Source: Patellaria atrata CBS 101060 | Lineage: Eukaryota | Direction of reading: 5' to 3' | Length of the DNA: 64,000 nt | Assembly: GCA_010093705.1 (NCBI GenBank) | Contig: MU006098.1 | Coordinates: 572,666-636,665, forward strand | Part shown: piece after piece, positions 10,973-23,677 of the stretch | Numbering within the stretch: position 1 is the stretch's first letter | Layout: the number at the start of each line of letters is the position of its first letter | Position numbers and translations under genes: made by a program | The notes under the pieces: generated by a model | What the model saw: the letters and a program-made list of their open reading frames with translations, nothing else | Told to the model about the DNA's origin: nothing | Databases searched by the model: none

Positions 10973-11946
10973 TATCTGTTCAGCCTCGTTTTTGGCTTCG
11001 TCAACGGCCATCTGTTTAGCCACGTTCGGCCTCGTCAACCACCATCTCCGATCCTCCCCGACTGCCACAACTACCCTCACCGGCTCTGTACGGCGTGCTC
11101 CACGAATCTGTCTACGGGCCCACACCGCATTGAATACCATAAGCATGAATATAGCACACACCACGTTGAATATCTTAAGTCCACTTAGAGCTCGCACCAC
11201 TGCTATAAGTCGAGCTGGATGCACACAGGTTACGGGTAAGGTATACTAGAATAGTAAGTTATACGGTTATAGCATCTTTGGTTCAGCTTCCCTATAGCTA
11301 TCGAAGCTGGAAGGGTGCACCACTCGACCCCCATACATAGAGCACTCAAGCAACATTCCCTGGTTTTGACGAATAATCTGAAAATTAACACGTCGCCTTC
11401 AATTTCATATCAACTAGTTTTATCTCTGTCGCCTTGACCATTTTGGAAGGGAAACATTCCTTCTTAATCCATTCTATTGGGTAACATTGCGGTTTTGGGA
11501 CTCGCTATAGGGACGGAAACCAAATTCCTGACGTTGAGAATACTTAACAACAAGTATCAATGTATGCTCAAGGACTTTAGAATACGTAGATAGCCTCACT
11601 TTAATAATCCCAGTCTGTCTAGCGTTAGTATCCAATCATTTGATCTGTAACATGGAGCTCATGTTTTCGAGTCTGATTTTGGTCCGGGCATCCATGTGTT
11701 CCGGTCTTTTCCACGAGGTACTGAAAGTAATGTTGGGTTCTAATGTTTTCTTAGCCATTATTCCGTCCAAAATACTACCAGTAACTACGGTATGTCACTT
11801 CCCTGTTCTTCATGAGCGTGCACTAGTGCTTGTAGTTTAACAATGTTTGTCACATAATATCTCCACAATACAGGTTGTCCACTATATAGAGAGCCTCCTT
11901 CTGGAGACAACCTTCTTTCGAATTACCAATATCCAACATCATAATC

Positions 11947-13023
11947 ATGGCCTCTGAACCCTCCTCGGTACCCTATCGGCAAGAGTCTCTTTTTCTACCT
12001 AAACTCCCTGGGGAATTACGTAACGAGATCTATGGATACATTTTCGACGAAGAGATCAGCCTAGAGAATATGCTTCAACAATTACAGCCCTTGCTTACCT
12101 GTCGGCAATTCTGCAACGAAGCATCCTCTCTCGCATTCTCTCGAGTTTCTAGGACGGTCATTATCAAAGGGAGGGATGTTGATTTCATAGAGATTGCTGA
12201 GAATACACTTTCCACGGATAAGATGATCACTTCTAGTTCTAAGACTTGCGCCGATGACTTATTGCGAGTAACTATACAAGATCAATCCAATTTGGAGGAT
12301 GAGTGGCCGACATTTCTTTGGATCAACCGGACGTTGTCTACACTTAGGGACGAATTTTCATATTGCCCTAAACACCTGGGAGAGTCGTGTACGGACGAAG
12401 GATCTGTAATAGCTCCAAAATCAACCTTGCCTCTTTTGACGCTCTTAAAAGTGGCTCATACGCTCCAAGGGATCCGGAAAAACTTTCCTCACGCTACCTC
12501 GGAGATCAACCACATTACGGTCACCGCGGACTCTGAGCTGAAGTACCGTTGGGGATCTAGGAACGTTTATGGCGTCAGTCGTGGCTTGGAGTATCTTCTC
12601 TCTTATGGCCTCAGAGTCTGCCAGTTTACACATATCTCGACATTGCAAATTGCCTGGCAGTTTTATAGTCCTGTCCACTATACTGCGCTGCACGATATGC
12701 TCACAAAGCTGATTAATGCCGTACAGATGGGATACTACAGTCATATCCATACAATTCGCATTCGAGACACCGCAATGAGTTCACTGATCACGCCCCTTGA
12801 GGACTTCGCTAAAGTTTTTCTGGACAATCTTCCATTACAGCTAGTCGAGCTACTACAGGTACCCCCGGCAACACCTCTCGACAGTCCGGTTCCACGGGGC
12901 GTTCGGGTATTTGGAGCTGTCACAGTTCATTTTTCAATCCTGAGGGGAAATAGCGAGCAGCCACTGGCGGTCGAGTTCGTAAACTCGCTACCTGGTCAGG
13001 ATAGGACTAATTTCCAGAGCTAG
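11947..13023 (+). CDS. Hypothetical protein with N-terminal F-box-like motif
   Basis: Intronless 358-aa ORF; LPKLPGELRNEIYGYIF followed by PLLTCRQFCNEASSL, typical of the fungal F-box-like hypothetical family. Confidence 0.8.
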   Translation: MASEPSSVPYRQESLFLPKLPGELRNEIYGYIFDEEISLENMLQQLQPLLTCRQFCNEASSLAFSRVSRTVIIKGRDVDFIEIAENTLSTDKMITSSSKTCADDLLRVTIQDQSNLEDEWPTFLWINRTLSTLRDEFSYCPKHLGESCTDEGSVIAPKSTLPLLTLLKVAHTLQGIRKNFPHATSEINHITVTADSELKYRWGSRNVYGVSRGLEYLLSYGLRVCQFTHISTLQIAWQFYSPVHYTALHDMLTKLINAVQMGYYSHIHTIRIRDTAMSSLITPLEDFAKVFLDNLPLQLVELLQVPPATPLDSPVPRGVRVFGAVTVHFSILRGNSEQPLAVEFVNSLPGQDRTNFQS

Positions 13024-13622
13024 GCTGGAATCACTAGGGTTTTCTCATACAGCGCTAGTGATGGGGTTTATATGGTGTCCTCCAACCTCTTATTATACTT
13101 AAATCGGCGGTAATTGTCAATATAGATACTTGGAAATTAGAACTGTCCCCTACATCTTCGTTTCTCAATTATAATGTGCACCGTGATTGTCTATTGCCTT
13201 GTTAGAGTATCCTGGATAACTGTTATAACCTCAAAATTTATACGCTGAGCATATACTCTAGTAACTTCGGTGGGTTCTTAAGAGTTAGTTTAAATTTATG
13301 GAGGTTCATGTACGCCAAACGACTTGCCAATGCTTATTATGATAAAAGATGAGAGTCAATGCCTATATAACTGAAATAACATTCACTTTCACTGTCTAGT
13401 AACCAACTATACTGCAGAATACCTCCCAGATAACACCAGTTTTTACGCCCTCCTCGTTCAGAGGACAATAGAAATCCCTCATCGCTGCAAGAGACAAATA
13501 ATCAATGTCTTAGTACAGGTTCAGAAGAATGGAACCTCCAACATGAGAATAAGAAACCACCGTCCAATGACATCCGGTGCACACCCCTTGAGAAATTAAA
13601 CATGACCAAGAACTCTTCCACT

Positions 13623-14812
13623 TCACATCCAGTCAGTCGACAACACATCTTCCGTCACCGTCGTCCTGACGGGGGGCCCCAACCATCTCCCCACTCTCTC
13701 CAACTTTACCCCCAGCACGATCTCCCCTTTTTTTACATCCTCATTATCCTCCTTCAACAACTCATCCCTCGTGGACGTGAACAGCCCGCTCCATGGCGCC
13801 GCAGCTCCGTACCCTCGAGGACCCCGGCGAGAAAATCCGGAACGATGGGAGTTGTATCGCTTGATCAGCATGACCCAGCGGTGCACTCTCGCGCGCGTAG
13901 TGTGCACCTCATTGAAGCGCATCAAGCCACGATCACGGCTCAGTCCCGCCGAATCGGTCAGAACAAGATATTTCGCCTCGTCCTTGAGCATTCCGGGATG
14001 GTCGAGAAATCGCGTCATGGCGAGCTGGAACCTAGGTGTTGGGCCGTCAATCGCCGGGAGCACGAACCATACGCGATGCCAGGCTAGGGCACCTGCTTCC
14101 GCTGCGATTTGACGACAGGTGAGGAGGGGAGCTAACTGGGCGGAGGAGTGCGTGTGGAAGGACTCACTGGTTGGACGGTCGGCTGGAGAGAAAACAAACT
14201 TGTATATCTCGTTCCTGATTTCTCCCGGGAGAGTAAGGAGCGTTGGACCGGGCTTGTTTCCAGTGTTGACGAAGAGATTTGCAGGGGGGCTCGCGGGAGG
14301 TGAGATGAGCTGATAAGTTCCTAAGAGAGAGTTAGACTACGGCTCGTGATAGGATGGGTCAAGGGAACGTACCCGTAACAGCTGAATTGGACGCCTCAAG
14401 GTCTTTGACTGGAGTTAAGGGCGTTGTACACTTGGTCGGAGCATACACAGATAAAGGCGACTCTGAGGGTTGCGTATCAGGCGTAGGGGAACCAAAAAGA
14501 GAGGTCAAGGTTATGCTCTCCGCGTCCTCGTCTATACCTGCGAGTTCTGAACATATAATTAACCTCTTACTGACAGCATAAATGATAAGACCTAGCCTAC
14601 TGCTCATTTTCGAGACCAAGCTTCCAGACTCATCCTCGAGTTTAATCTTTTTGATCGATGCGACGTCCACTGCTTGCACTCAGTTAATGCGGCTCACATC
14701 TCAAAGATTTAGAGGTATTACCATTCCTTCGTTCCTCAGATGGGGTATAGGAACATTGGTCCGCATTGGAAAGCTTGCGCTTGCTCTTGCGCTCAGTCGT
14801 GTTGAATGCCAT
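13623..14812 (-). CDS. Hypothetical multi-exon protein with F-box-like motif (paralog of 11947-13023)
   Basis: Starts MAFNTTERKSKRK near 14812, with introns near 14670-14720 and 14320-14372. Last exon reads LLTLPGEIRNEIYKFVF...QLAPLLTCRQIAAEAGALAWHRV. The 3' end is uncertain. Confidence 0.7.
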
Positions 14813-15446
14813 CTTCTAAATTAGAGAATCAAGTAAGTTGATGTTAACAAAAAGAGTAGGCAACTAGGCATTGGAGCCGATCTCCAGCTTGACTATCTGT
14901 CAAAGTAGGATGATATGATAAACCAGAGCTTACTATCGGTACAACAGATATACTAGTGTGCATATATTGAACGTAACGGGAGCAAATTTCTGTATGTGGA
15001 TGGTGAGGTTGTTGCGGGGAGACGCGTCGAGTAACAAATATACTTCAAAACCGAGTCGATAATGGCAATTTTGCAGCCAAGAACATCAGTAGAAACCTCC
15101 AGGAATAAATGAGCAACTGAATCACTGTTTGACTGGAAGATAAACATGAAGAGACTGACTAAGGCATTCTAGACACTCTTGAGTTATAATTCTTTACAAT
15201 ACATCAACATCTCTCCCTTGGCAATATATGGTCGACTGCGAACCATCACAATTGACCGTCCTTGTAGGCCATTCCCTTTGAGCGTCTATAAGAGGAATAA
15301 GGGAACCATCTCAAGAATGGTTTAGTTGTATGCGCAAACGAACATCCAGTCTAGTAAGGTATATGATGGCCACTAAGGTATATATAAATAAATATCTTAC
15401 TTGCTGGGTTTTAACTCGCATCATCCGTAAGTTAAGCAACATTCTT

Positions 15447-16516
15447 CTACAAACATTGCGAATACCACTCGTTTTGTGTTGTGCAAGTAGTTCCAGCAGC
15501 GCAAGTTGTCGGTCCAGTCCATCCTGAGCCGCCACATTGTCCCCATCTATAACTCGATTAGCAGAAGCACTAAAATGCGAAAACAATTACTGATATTACT
15601 TTTGAACAGTTCCTTCACCTCCAGCTGGTGGAGTAGGATTTGTTGCTGGTGGTGGACTGGCAGTAGTACTAGTATCAGGAGTAACTGGTGTGCTACCAGA
15701 TTGATTCAATTTGCCCTTAACAAAGGTAAGAGCAGCTTGACCATACTTGTTGCCATAACCTTGGTGAGTATTCGCATCATTTCCAGTACAACAGTATGGA
15801 TCGGCCGCATCACAGTAGGATTGCACCTTGGCGCCGCCGGGGCAGACAAAGCCTGCAGGACGAGGAGCGAACTAGGACAAGGTGAGTGCTTGAACAATGT
15901 ATGCTTCTGTTATGACTGGGCTTACTCCTTTCGTTGTGCAAGTTCCTACATTGTACGCAAGCCCGTTGATGAATCGAGGACTGCCCATCTCTATCACAGC
16001 CTTCACCATATTAGCTGCCGCAGCGTTGATCGTATTGGCAGCAGTGCTAGTTAATCCTTCATTAGTATCCCCGCCACCGCAGAAAGCATTATTCGCTATC
16101 TGGCCTCCCTGCGTGCGGATTAGCTCTCTGTTACATGGCTAGTTTATATAGTGACGGTAAGGGAATACCTGTGAGTAGCCCACAACAACAATCTGGGTGT
16201 CCGGACAACGAGCATTGTAATTATTTACTGCGGTTGCAACAGCTGTTGTCCCTTGTATCACTGAATTGGCATAACTGACGCCCCCACACTGGCTTTGTCC
16301 ACCGCAGGCCGGGTAGGTTATGGCCTCTGAGGTCGCACCTGGAAACGCCTGAAGGATAAGATTAACTACAGTGCCGGCGGTACCATATCCGGCCGGAGCT
16401 GTCGTCTCACGAGCGCCAAATACGTGGATGTTGGGACAGTCAGCCCTTTTGTCTGATTCCACGGTAGCGGCAAGAGCATGGGTAACGAAGACAAGAGTAG
16501 CAGCCTTTCGCAACAT
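15447..16516 (-). CDS. axe1: Acetylxylan esterase (CE5, cutinase family) with C-terminal CBM1
   Basis: Signal peptide [45 protein letters not shown] nucleophile motif, [13 protein letters not shown] in THQGYG; Pro/Thr linker; CBM1 [31 protein letters not shown]. Three introns. Confidence 0.93.
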
Positions 16517-17163
16517 ATTGAATAAGAACGAGGAGTCCAACAGAAATCGAGAGTACTGTGGGTAGAGTGAGTGCTATATGGAATAGGATGGAAGAGCCTG
16601 TCGCAATGCTACCGGTACTACCAGGGAAATTGTAATTATCGTGGGAATGACGGAGATCTATAGGACACACTTTCCGTCCAAAGAGTTATTGAAATGGGAA
16701 GAGTGTATTTGTTGTAAGTTCTAAACGCAGAAAGATTGAAAGAATAGCAGCGTATTTATACGCTGGCACAAATTGACGTATAGAATTTGATACTGGATCA
16801 TACTTCCCCAGATACGCAGTGCAAAGCTTAATCGTCGTTCCATTTCCCCGGTTCAGTATATTATTGCTTCTAGGAGAGTTACCCGGTTTTCCCATATAAT
16901 TTGGAGCAGATGCGAGATTAAACGAATTATACCTCTTTCCGATACCAATCTCAGAAGACTTTGGCCAGTCTTGATTATGATAATCATGGTATAAAGGTTG
17001 TCTGGTGAGTACTAAAGAAAGTAATCCCTACTATGCAATTTCACCCTTGGGCAATCGCTAACAGTGAGAGCCAGTGGTGGCGTCTACAGTATTTGATTCA
17101 AGATACAAGACATGAAAATCCATGAACTTCTTCGAAAGACACCTCACTAGCGCCACGAATGAA

Positions 17164-17244
17164 TTTAGCCAAAATGCAACGAGCCGATACCGTTGAAATA
17201 GAACGTGACAAGATCTAGTGTCAGCAGATGAAAAAGCTTAGCCG
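17164..17244 (-). promoter_or_regulatory. Two putative XlnR/Xyr1 sites (GGCTAAA at 17164-17170, CGGCTAA at 17238-17244) upstream of the acetylxylan esterase
   Basis: Match to the GGCTAA consensus about 650-730 bp upstream of a xylanolytic gene. The motif is short and could be chance. Confidence 0.4.
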
Positions 17245-19590
17245 GGCCTTTGACTTTAATATATAAAAGATCTATGTGTGATTGAGGCACTGGGTCTAAG
17301 AAGATAGGTCCTAAAATCGGTAGCATTCTAATTGTGATACGCCAGTCTTATCCACATAAGAGTCGAAACCCGGAGGATGGGTACGCAAACCCAGTCGGCG
17401 AAAGACTGAATTATTAAGGTTTCCAAACGCTAGTTGGACGATTCTCGAATTGTTTGAATTACCGTCCTGAAAGAACCGGTGGTAAGGGTTCACTCGTTAC
17501 AAATTTCGTTCGTGCATCAATGTTGGATTGGTCCGACAACGATTGCAAAGCAGGAGCCTACTAGGATTGCCTTTCCTAATAGTTCAGATATCAATACCCG
17601 ATTCTGGTCAGATCGATAGTTCTGCGTTGATGCAGCTATGGTTCTTGCTCGAACTACCATTTCGTTTGCTGAGGGATGCAATCCGTTTAGCAAACTTATG
17701 ATGTTAAACCAGTATGCCCCTCAAGCAGGGTAAATAGCCAGTCAGAAAACTTTGTAAGCTAACAACCAGTTCTAGAGTTTGGCCTTGAAAAGCTCCGTGG
17801 ATGTGAGAGCCATCTCGTCGGTCTAGGGCAAGAGCATTGAGATGCTGAGGAGCCACTGAGGATGTAAAGAAACCTACGACTTCTTTACGTTCCCTCCAGG
17901 ATCATATCGAAGACAGAATTACTTGACAAGTTTGCCTGTATCCCTTGTTTGTCCATGAAGAGGGGACCTTCACCAAACGCAGGGAGCTAGAATCATTGTT
18001 GTAAGCACCTCTGACATATTCATGATCTTCGTCTTAAATAAGAACCGAACAGTTTTCTGTACTTTCCTCGTCTGACCTGTTTTTGCTGATCAACTTACTA
18101 GCAGATAATGAACCTGGCATTCTTCGTAGCTTTCTGGTAGGCCACAGCAACCAATACGATCGAGATTCATGCCGTGTATTCTTTCGAGCTCCTAAGGATT
18201 CAGAAAGAGTATAAGCGGTACCGAAGAGGGAGATGCCTTCCCTGGAGCCTTCGTGGATGGCTCAACTTGCCCAAGAAGTAATTTTATGAGGTCTCTTCCA
18301 AGACCTAGGCGTTCTCAATGCGGTTCTTTAAGATGTAATATATAGCAGATGCCCAAGTAAATCTCTAGCTGCTCTACTCCCCGCCCCAGTTCTCATCTAT
18401 TGTAACCTTCAAAGCTTCGATAACAGTTTATTCTCGACATATTTGAACGACGTGGAAGGACATGTATTGGCCTGGGATCCAGCAAGTCGGGGTCGGGGAT
18501 AAATCATGGTTTGGTCGAGCTCCAAAATCGTATCATACCACCATATCCTCAAGGCCAAGGGGTCCCTTTTTCCCTAAACTTGATTCGCAAAGAGGTGCTA
18601 AGGACCGATGTATGCACCTATAAACTCGCACACCTTCGCTAGGGCAGGGATAAAGAAGTCAGAGGATAGGGACCGGAAAGAGTGCGACTGTATCGCTGTA
18701 ATACTTGCTGTACAACTGTCGTTTGACTGAAGAGAAGTGCGAAGCGAATATCGACGAAGGGCACAGGTTTACTCGCAGGTGATGCTTTGCTAGCAGACCC
18801 AACACGACAATAGCAGGATAAACAATAGATACCGTTATTGACATTGTCCCTATTGTACTCATTGTAGGCTTCAGGCCTCATGATCCAGCAGCAGGAACGA
18901 GATGAGGGTTGACGTCCAGATTCAGCTTGAGACAGAACGTAGGATCGCTGACTAAGGCGAAACATCTCGTCACCATCCACGCCATCGTCACCAGCACTCA
19001 ACTCAATCGCAATCATACTGTAATGGAAATCTAGATTGGAAAACATTATGATTTGCAGAATCGCCAATTCATGGGCTTATCCTCTCTACCGCCGTATCCT
19101 CGCCGCAAGAGCTTGATACCGTTGGTACGGTAATAATGATAAACCTACTTCAACCCGCCACTGGATTTCAAATTCTTCGGTTTGTGATCGGTTAAGACAA
19201 TTTCATTTTTGTAGCCTGCGGTTCATGGGCGAAATATATCAACATGTCTCTTCACTTGCCACAGATGATCCTGTCCGTTGCTTCACGCTCACTGTACTCT
19301 AGTCCCATCCGGCAAATACTCGAACCTAGATTACGTACAGCTGTAAGAATATTGATAGTTTACAAGTTGATATACGTCGCAGCAGTTTGTTGTTTTACTC
19401 CGTCATACCTCCAAGAGAAACCGTACAGCAAGCCGTCGTGGCCGTAAAGACTATGACAACAGAAAGCATCATCAATATACGCACATAAGACAATGTACAC
19501 AATGGTCCTAGAATAGAAAGGTTTCTACCGATATAGTTCAAGCTTCCTGCTCCAACGTTAAAAGCTGAAGGTCAATTATGTTCTAAGTCC

Positions 19591-21378
19591 TCAATGAATA
19601 AACAGATCCTGATCCCCATACTTATGTTCCCAATCGTCAGGCATTACTTCGCCATCCATGATTCCATGTATGTACGCATCTCCTACCAATTGAAATTTGG
19701 ACTCTGATATATTTCGAAGTATCAATGGGACCGGGCCTCCACGAGCAAGACAGACATAGTCTTCAATCCTCGTCCCTATAGGTACCCATCCCAAAAACCC
19801 ATTATCGGTCAGACAAAAATCTCGATGAGTCATGAATGCGTTCCTGTAACGAATTTGCTCTTCACGTACAACGGAGTCCTTTGACAAGTCTGAACCAAAA
19901 AGATAGGCACTTACGGTAGGATCCAGATAGTGACTGCCATATGCTCCAACCCCGTCCCACCTCCGGGTCCTAGTCCAGCTTCCATCTTTCTCCCCTCCAT
20001 CGCGCACCACTAAACGCCACCATAGCTCATCAAATGGCTCGTTTCTGGAAACTGGCCGTTCGCTTGCTAGGTTACGACATGCCATGAGCCAGGCACGCAA
20101 TTCGGTTGCGTCATTTGACTGCACATGGTCCACGTACGACAAGACCTTACTCACACGCGAGAATACACGACCACTGAGAACAAGTATTTCTTTATCGACC
20201 CCCTCATACCGCGGATTATGGACTAACCGCGAACCTGCTTGATATGCAGGAGAAAACTGAAAGTATCCCTCGCAAGAAAGTCGTTGAAAATCTGGGACCC
20301 ACGATGGAAGCACAAGGTCGGAAGGAGCGGTAGAATTTCTTGCTGCTAGTGAAAGGGGGAAGTATGGTTGGAATGATTCTAGGCACCATCGCGTTGCTTG
20401 GATGAAGACCTTTTCCAGGGGAAGGCTATAATCAACCTGCAATTGAATATGTGGAACGTCCGTTGCAAGCGGAAATACAGCGTAAATTCTGTCCCTTGGA
20501 TCCGTTGATTTATGATACCTAACTTGGTATAATAACAAACTGAGCGGCAAAGTTTGAGCATATCTATCCCGGGTCCTTTGCATCAAAAAGACTATATGAA
20601 ATGAATTCGAGATGAGTAAAGAATGAGACATACTCTGCATCATTAAATGATCCGTGAAGATTGTTTCAATGGATAATTCGAGCGAATCCCATGATAATTC
20701 ATGTTCGCCGCATAGGACTATAGCTGTTTTTGACACACCAATTTCTTGTAATACCCATACGCGTTCAAACCATGAATGTGAGAGAAACCCCTGCAGAGCT
20801 TCGAACGAAGTAAGCTCTGCTAATGAATCTTTGGAATTCCGGACAACCTGTCTTAAGGCGGTTCTGCATTCTTCTGAACCCCAAGAGAACAGATTAGTTG
20901 TCTGAGCAAGCCTTTCTAGAAATCTAATAGCAATAACGTCTGAATCTGTACACTCTCCCAACCATACGAGCGTTCGGCTAGCATTGCTATAGATTTCCCG
21001 CATAATAGGTACTTGCTGATTACGCTCAGGGATATCATCTTGGTTAATACATATAGCATCAGCCCAGAGCATTCGCTTCTTGTCTGGGTAGCGTAGTCTT
21101 CGTAGAGCTACGTATAGGCTTTCCGTTATAGCAAGGTCCTCTCCGTGGCACAGGACCTTTCGAGAGCGGGTGTTGTCACCCCAGACGTACGAAAGAGCTT
21201 CGTACGCGGCAATAGTCTTGACATCCCTTGAAGGTAGTCGGCAGTGGAAAGGGTCTTTTGAATTAACACCTGTGATGGAGAGTTGGCAGTGGATAGGATC
21301 TTCTCCTGAGCCAGGCTCTAATACTAGGATTCGAGCGCTTGCTTGGTCCGGAAGAGGGACGTATTGAAATGGGGCCAT
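19591..21378 (-). CDS. Heterokaryon incompatibility (HET domain, HET-6-like) protein
   Basis: 595-aa intronless ORF with YEALSYVWG, LWADAICINQDD, ERNQQVPIMREIYSNA, WFERVWVLQE, TDPRDRIYA and C-terminal LVGDAYIHGIMDGE. Confidence 0.93.
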   Translation of the reverse strand: MAPFQYVPLPDQASARILVLEPGSGEDPIHCQLSITGVNSKDPFHCRLPSRDVKTIAAYEALSYVWGDNTRSRKVLCHGEDLAITESLYVALRRLRYPDKKRMLWADAICINQDDIPERNQQVPIMREIYSNASRTLVWLGECTDSDVIAIRFLERLAQTTNLFSWGSEECRTALRQVVRNSKDSLAELTSFEALQGFLSHSWFERVWVLQEIGVSKTAIVLCGEHELSWDSLELSIETIFTDHLMMQSMSHSLLISNSFHIVFLMQRTRDRYAQTLPLSLLLYQVRYHKSTDPRDRIYAVFPLATDVPHIQLQVDYSLPLEKVFIQATRWCLESFQPYFPLSLAARNSTAPSDLVLPSWVPDFQRLSCEGYFQFSPAYQAGSRLVHNPRYEGVDKEILVLSGRVFSRVSKVLSYVDHVQSNDATELRAWLMACRNLASERPVSRNEPFDELWWRLVVRDGGEKDGSWTRTRRWDGVGAYGSHYLDPTVSAYLFGSDLSKDSVVREEQIRYRNAFMTHRDFCLTDNGFLGWVPIGTRIEDYVCLARGGPVPLILRNISESKFQLVGDAYIHGIMDGEVMPDDWEHKYGDQDLFIH

Positions 21379-22283
21379 CTCAAATCATAAAAAGATGGAA
21401 TATGTGTGAAAGAATCTAGCTGAACTTGAGGGGAGGCGGGAATAATGGCAACCTGGAAGGCTGCGAACGCTTTTCGACTCGCACAGGGACGGTGCCTACA
21501 ACTTGCGCAAGTTGCGCCTATTCCTTCCCAAATGTCTAAAGCTGAAGGCAACCGAAGTAAGGATAATATGTGCATGTAGGAGGTTTAGTAACGGCCCCTA
21601 TAGAGGCGAGTATTCCAAAATTTTCATTGTGTTTGTACGCGGCCTAGAAGTATATCGGCTTGAATTTAGGGAAAGACAGGGAAAGCATCGCCCGATTTAG
21701 ACATGAAGAGTTACATTCATGAGGCAGATGAAGAGTTAGAGGTAGTGTTTCATAAGTGGCTTAAAATGTCCGAAGATGTCAACGAGGGAGGTTGAACGCA
21801 AGGAGACAGTTTGGACTTTGGATACCTTGGCAGAGATCCCGAGGTCTTGAGCTAAATTTAACATCCAATCCGGCATAAAAGGGGCTTAGTAGGATTTGGA
21901 CTTGAGCCAACGTCACTTGGCGCCATTCTCTGACCAGACATTGGACAACAACTATATTGCTGTCCTTCTCCGACAGCTCTTTTACATCTGTTGTGCCATC
22001 AGAATTCATGGAAAGGACCTTGGTACTACATGATATCTCTTGGTTGTCCTGAAGTGGATGTGCCCCGCAGTATGCTGTGTTTCCCCAGGCTCAACCCTCA
22101 AGGGTTCAAGCTGCTAAGGAGTTGGGACAAATGCCAGGCTCAAAGGTATGCAACCCTATATTGGATAATTATTTAGCACTGGATAACATCACCTTTGTGT
22201 TATAAAAGTGTCCAGCGCTATGGTCAAACATAGCATGAGAATTCCTCATTTTAACATAGGAATAACCTTCACCCATAAACAAC

Positions 22284-23677
22284 ATGAATGGGACTCTAGA
22301 AGGCATGAGCATCATGTATCAACCTGCACTGACTCCTCCGGCAGGTGTGGTCCCTAACTTTGTTGATCCGCCTGGATCGGATCCAAAGCAGAGAGTCAAG
22401 ATGATAATTCTCCATGCTCTATTCCCTTTTCTACTTGGACCAGTTCCCTTGTATACTAGGTTCTGCATTTTGAAGAGGTCGTCATGGCAAGATTGTAGGT
22501 TTTTCTCTTCTTGATTAGAATTCTTTTACCGACTAATCATCTCTTAGACGTATTCATCCTAGCATTTGTAAGATAATGGCAGTATATGACCACATCGAGA
22601 ATCTAACAATAAAGGCTTCATACGTCGTCTACATCGCTCTAATTGTTCTCCAATTACAGCACGGCGCCGGAATCAATCAGTGGAATGTCCCAGTCTGGAA
22701 ATATCTTTTGTTTGATAAGGTATATCCAAAGAGAGCCCTAATAGTCCGTTTCCCTTTGTAATACTGACCATTCTAGTACGTCCATGTTGGTGTCGTTATA
22801 TACAACATCTACATCATGACCATTAGAGCCGCAATCCTGCTTCAATTCATGGGCTTCTTTGTTCCACCGTCTGCGGGAGTCAGACGCAGGTTCTACCTTA
22901 TTCATATCCTTCTTTGGACTAATGTTCTCTTTTATATTTCCGTATCTATTTGCGAAGCTTTTACCTGTCGACCGGACCTTAACTCACCGACCTTAGGGCC
23001 TGAGAAGACTTGCCTTAGGGCAATTAATATCTTCGCAGTAACAGGAGCAGTTAATATAATATACGACTTGATCATGCTTGGCATGCCTCTTATATGGATA
23101 TGGAAACTCCAACTCCCTGCTTCACGCAAAGTAGGAGTTTTTATAGTATTTGGGTTCGGAACTTGGTAAGATGAATCCTAATATATTGTAATTACGCTTG
23201 CTGACAGTTCTAGTGCCCTTGTTTTTAGCATAATGCGAGAAGTAGTGACGTTAAAGGTCCTAGATAGTGTGGATAGGACATACGACTACGCACGCGTAGC
23301 TTTCTTCTTGTGAGTCAATAAATCTTAAACGATCTTTCGCATTCTATTACCGAATGACATTTGGACTGACAGATAGTAGCGCCATTGAGAATTGTGCAGG
23401 TTTCCTCTGTTACTGCCTCCCTTCCTTCCCGAAATTTGTACGCCACTTCAAGGAAAAACTGTTCCCGAAGCAGAAATCGAAACTCCTACGTCTTACCTCG
23501 AAAGTCTCAACCATCACAAGCCGTGAAGAAACTGAAGTACAGTCAGTGAATTCCGGCCGGCCACTACAGGATCAATATTACTCTACAACAGATGAAAAAT
23601 CGATAGTTGGAAAATCAGATCTATTGACAACCATCAAGAGATTACTAGCTGTTTTCCGGCGGTCGAGCGCAGGCTAA
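22284..23677 (+). CDS. PTH11-like (fungal rhodopsin-family, CFEM-less) integral membrane protein
   Basis: PPAGVVPNFVDPP N-terminus, GAGINQWNV, DLIMLGMPLIWIWKLQLP.RKVGVFIVFGFG, IENCAGFLCYCLPSFP; several short introns. Confidence 0.85.

Noticed and set aside
17300..19450. Short ORFs between the CE5 and HET genes (e.g. 18639-19067)
   Set aside because: No domain signature; probably intergenic or too decayed to call.
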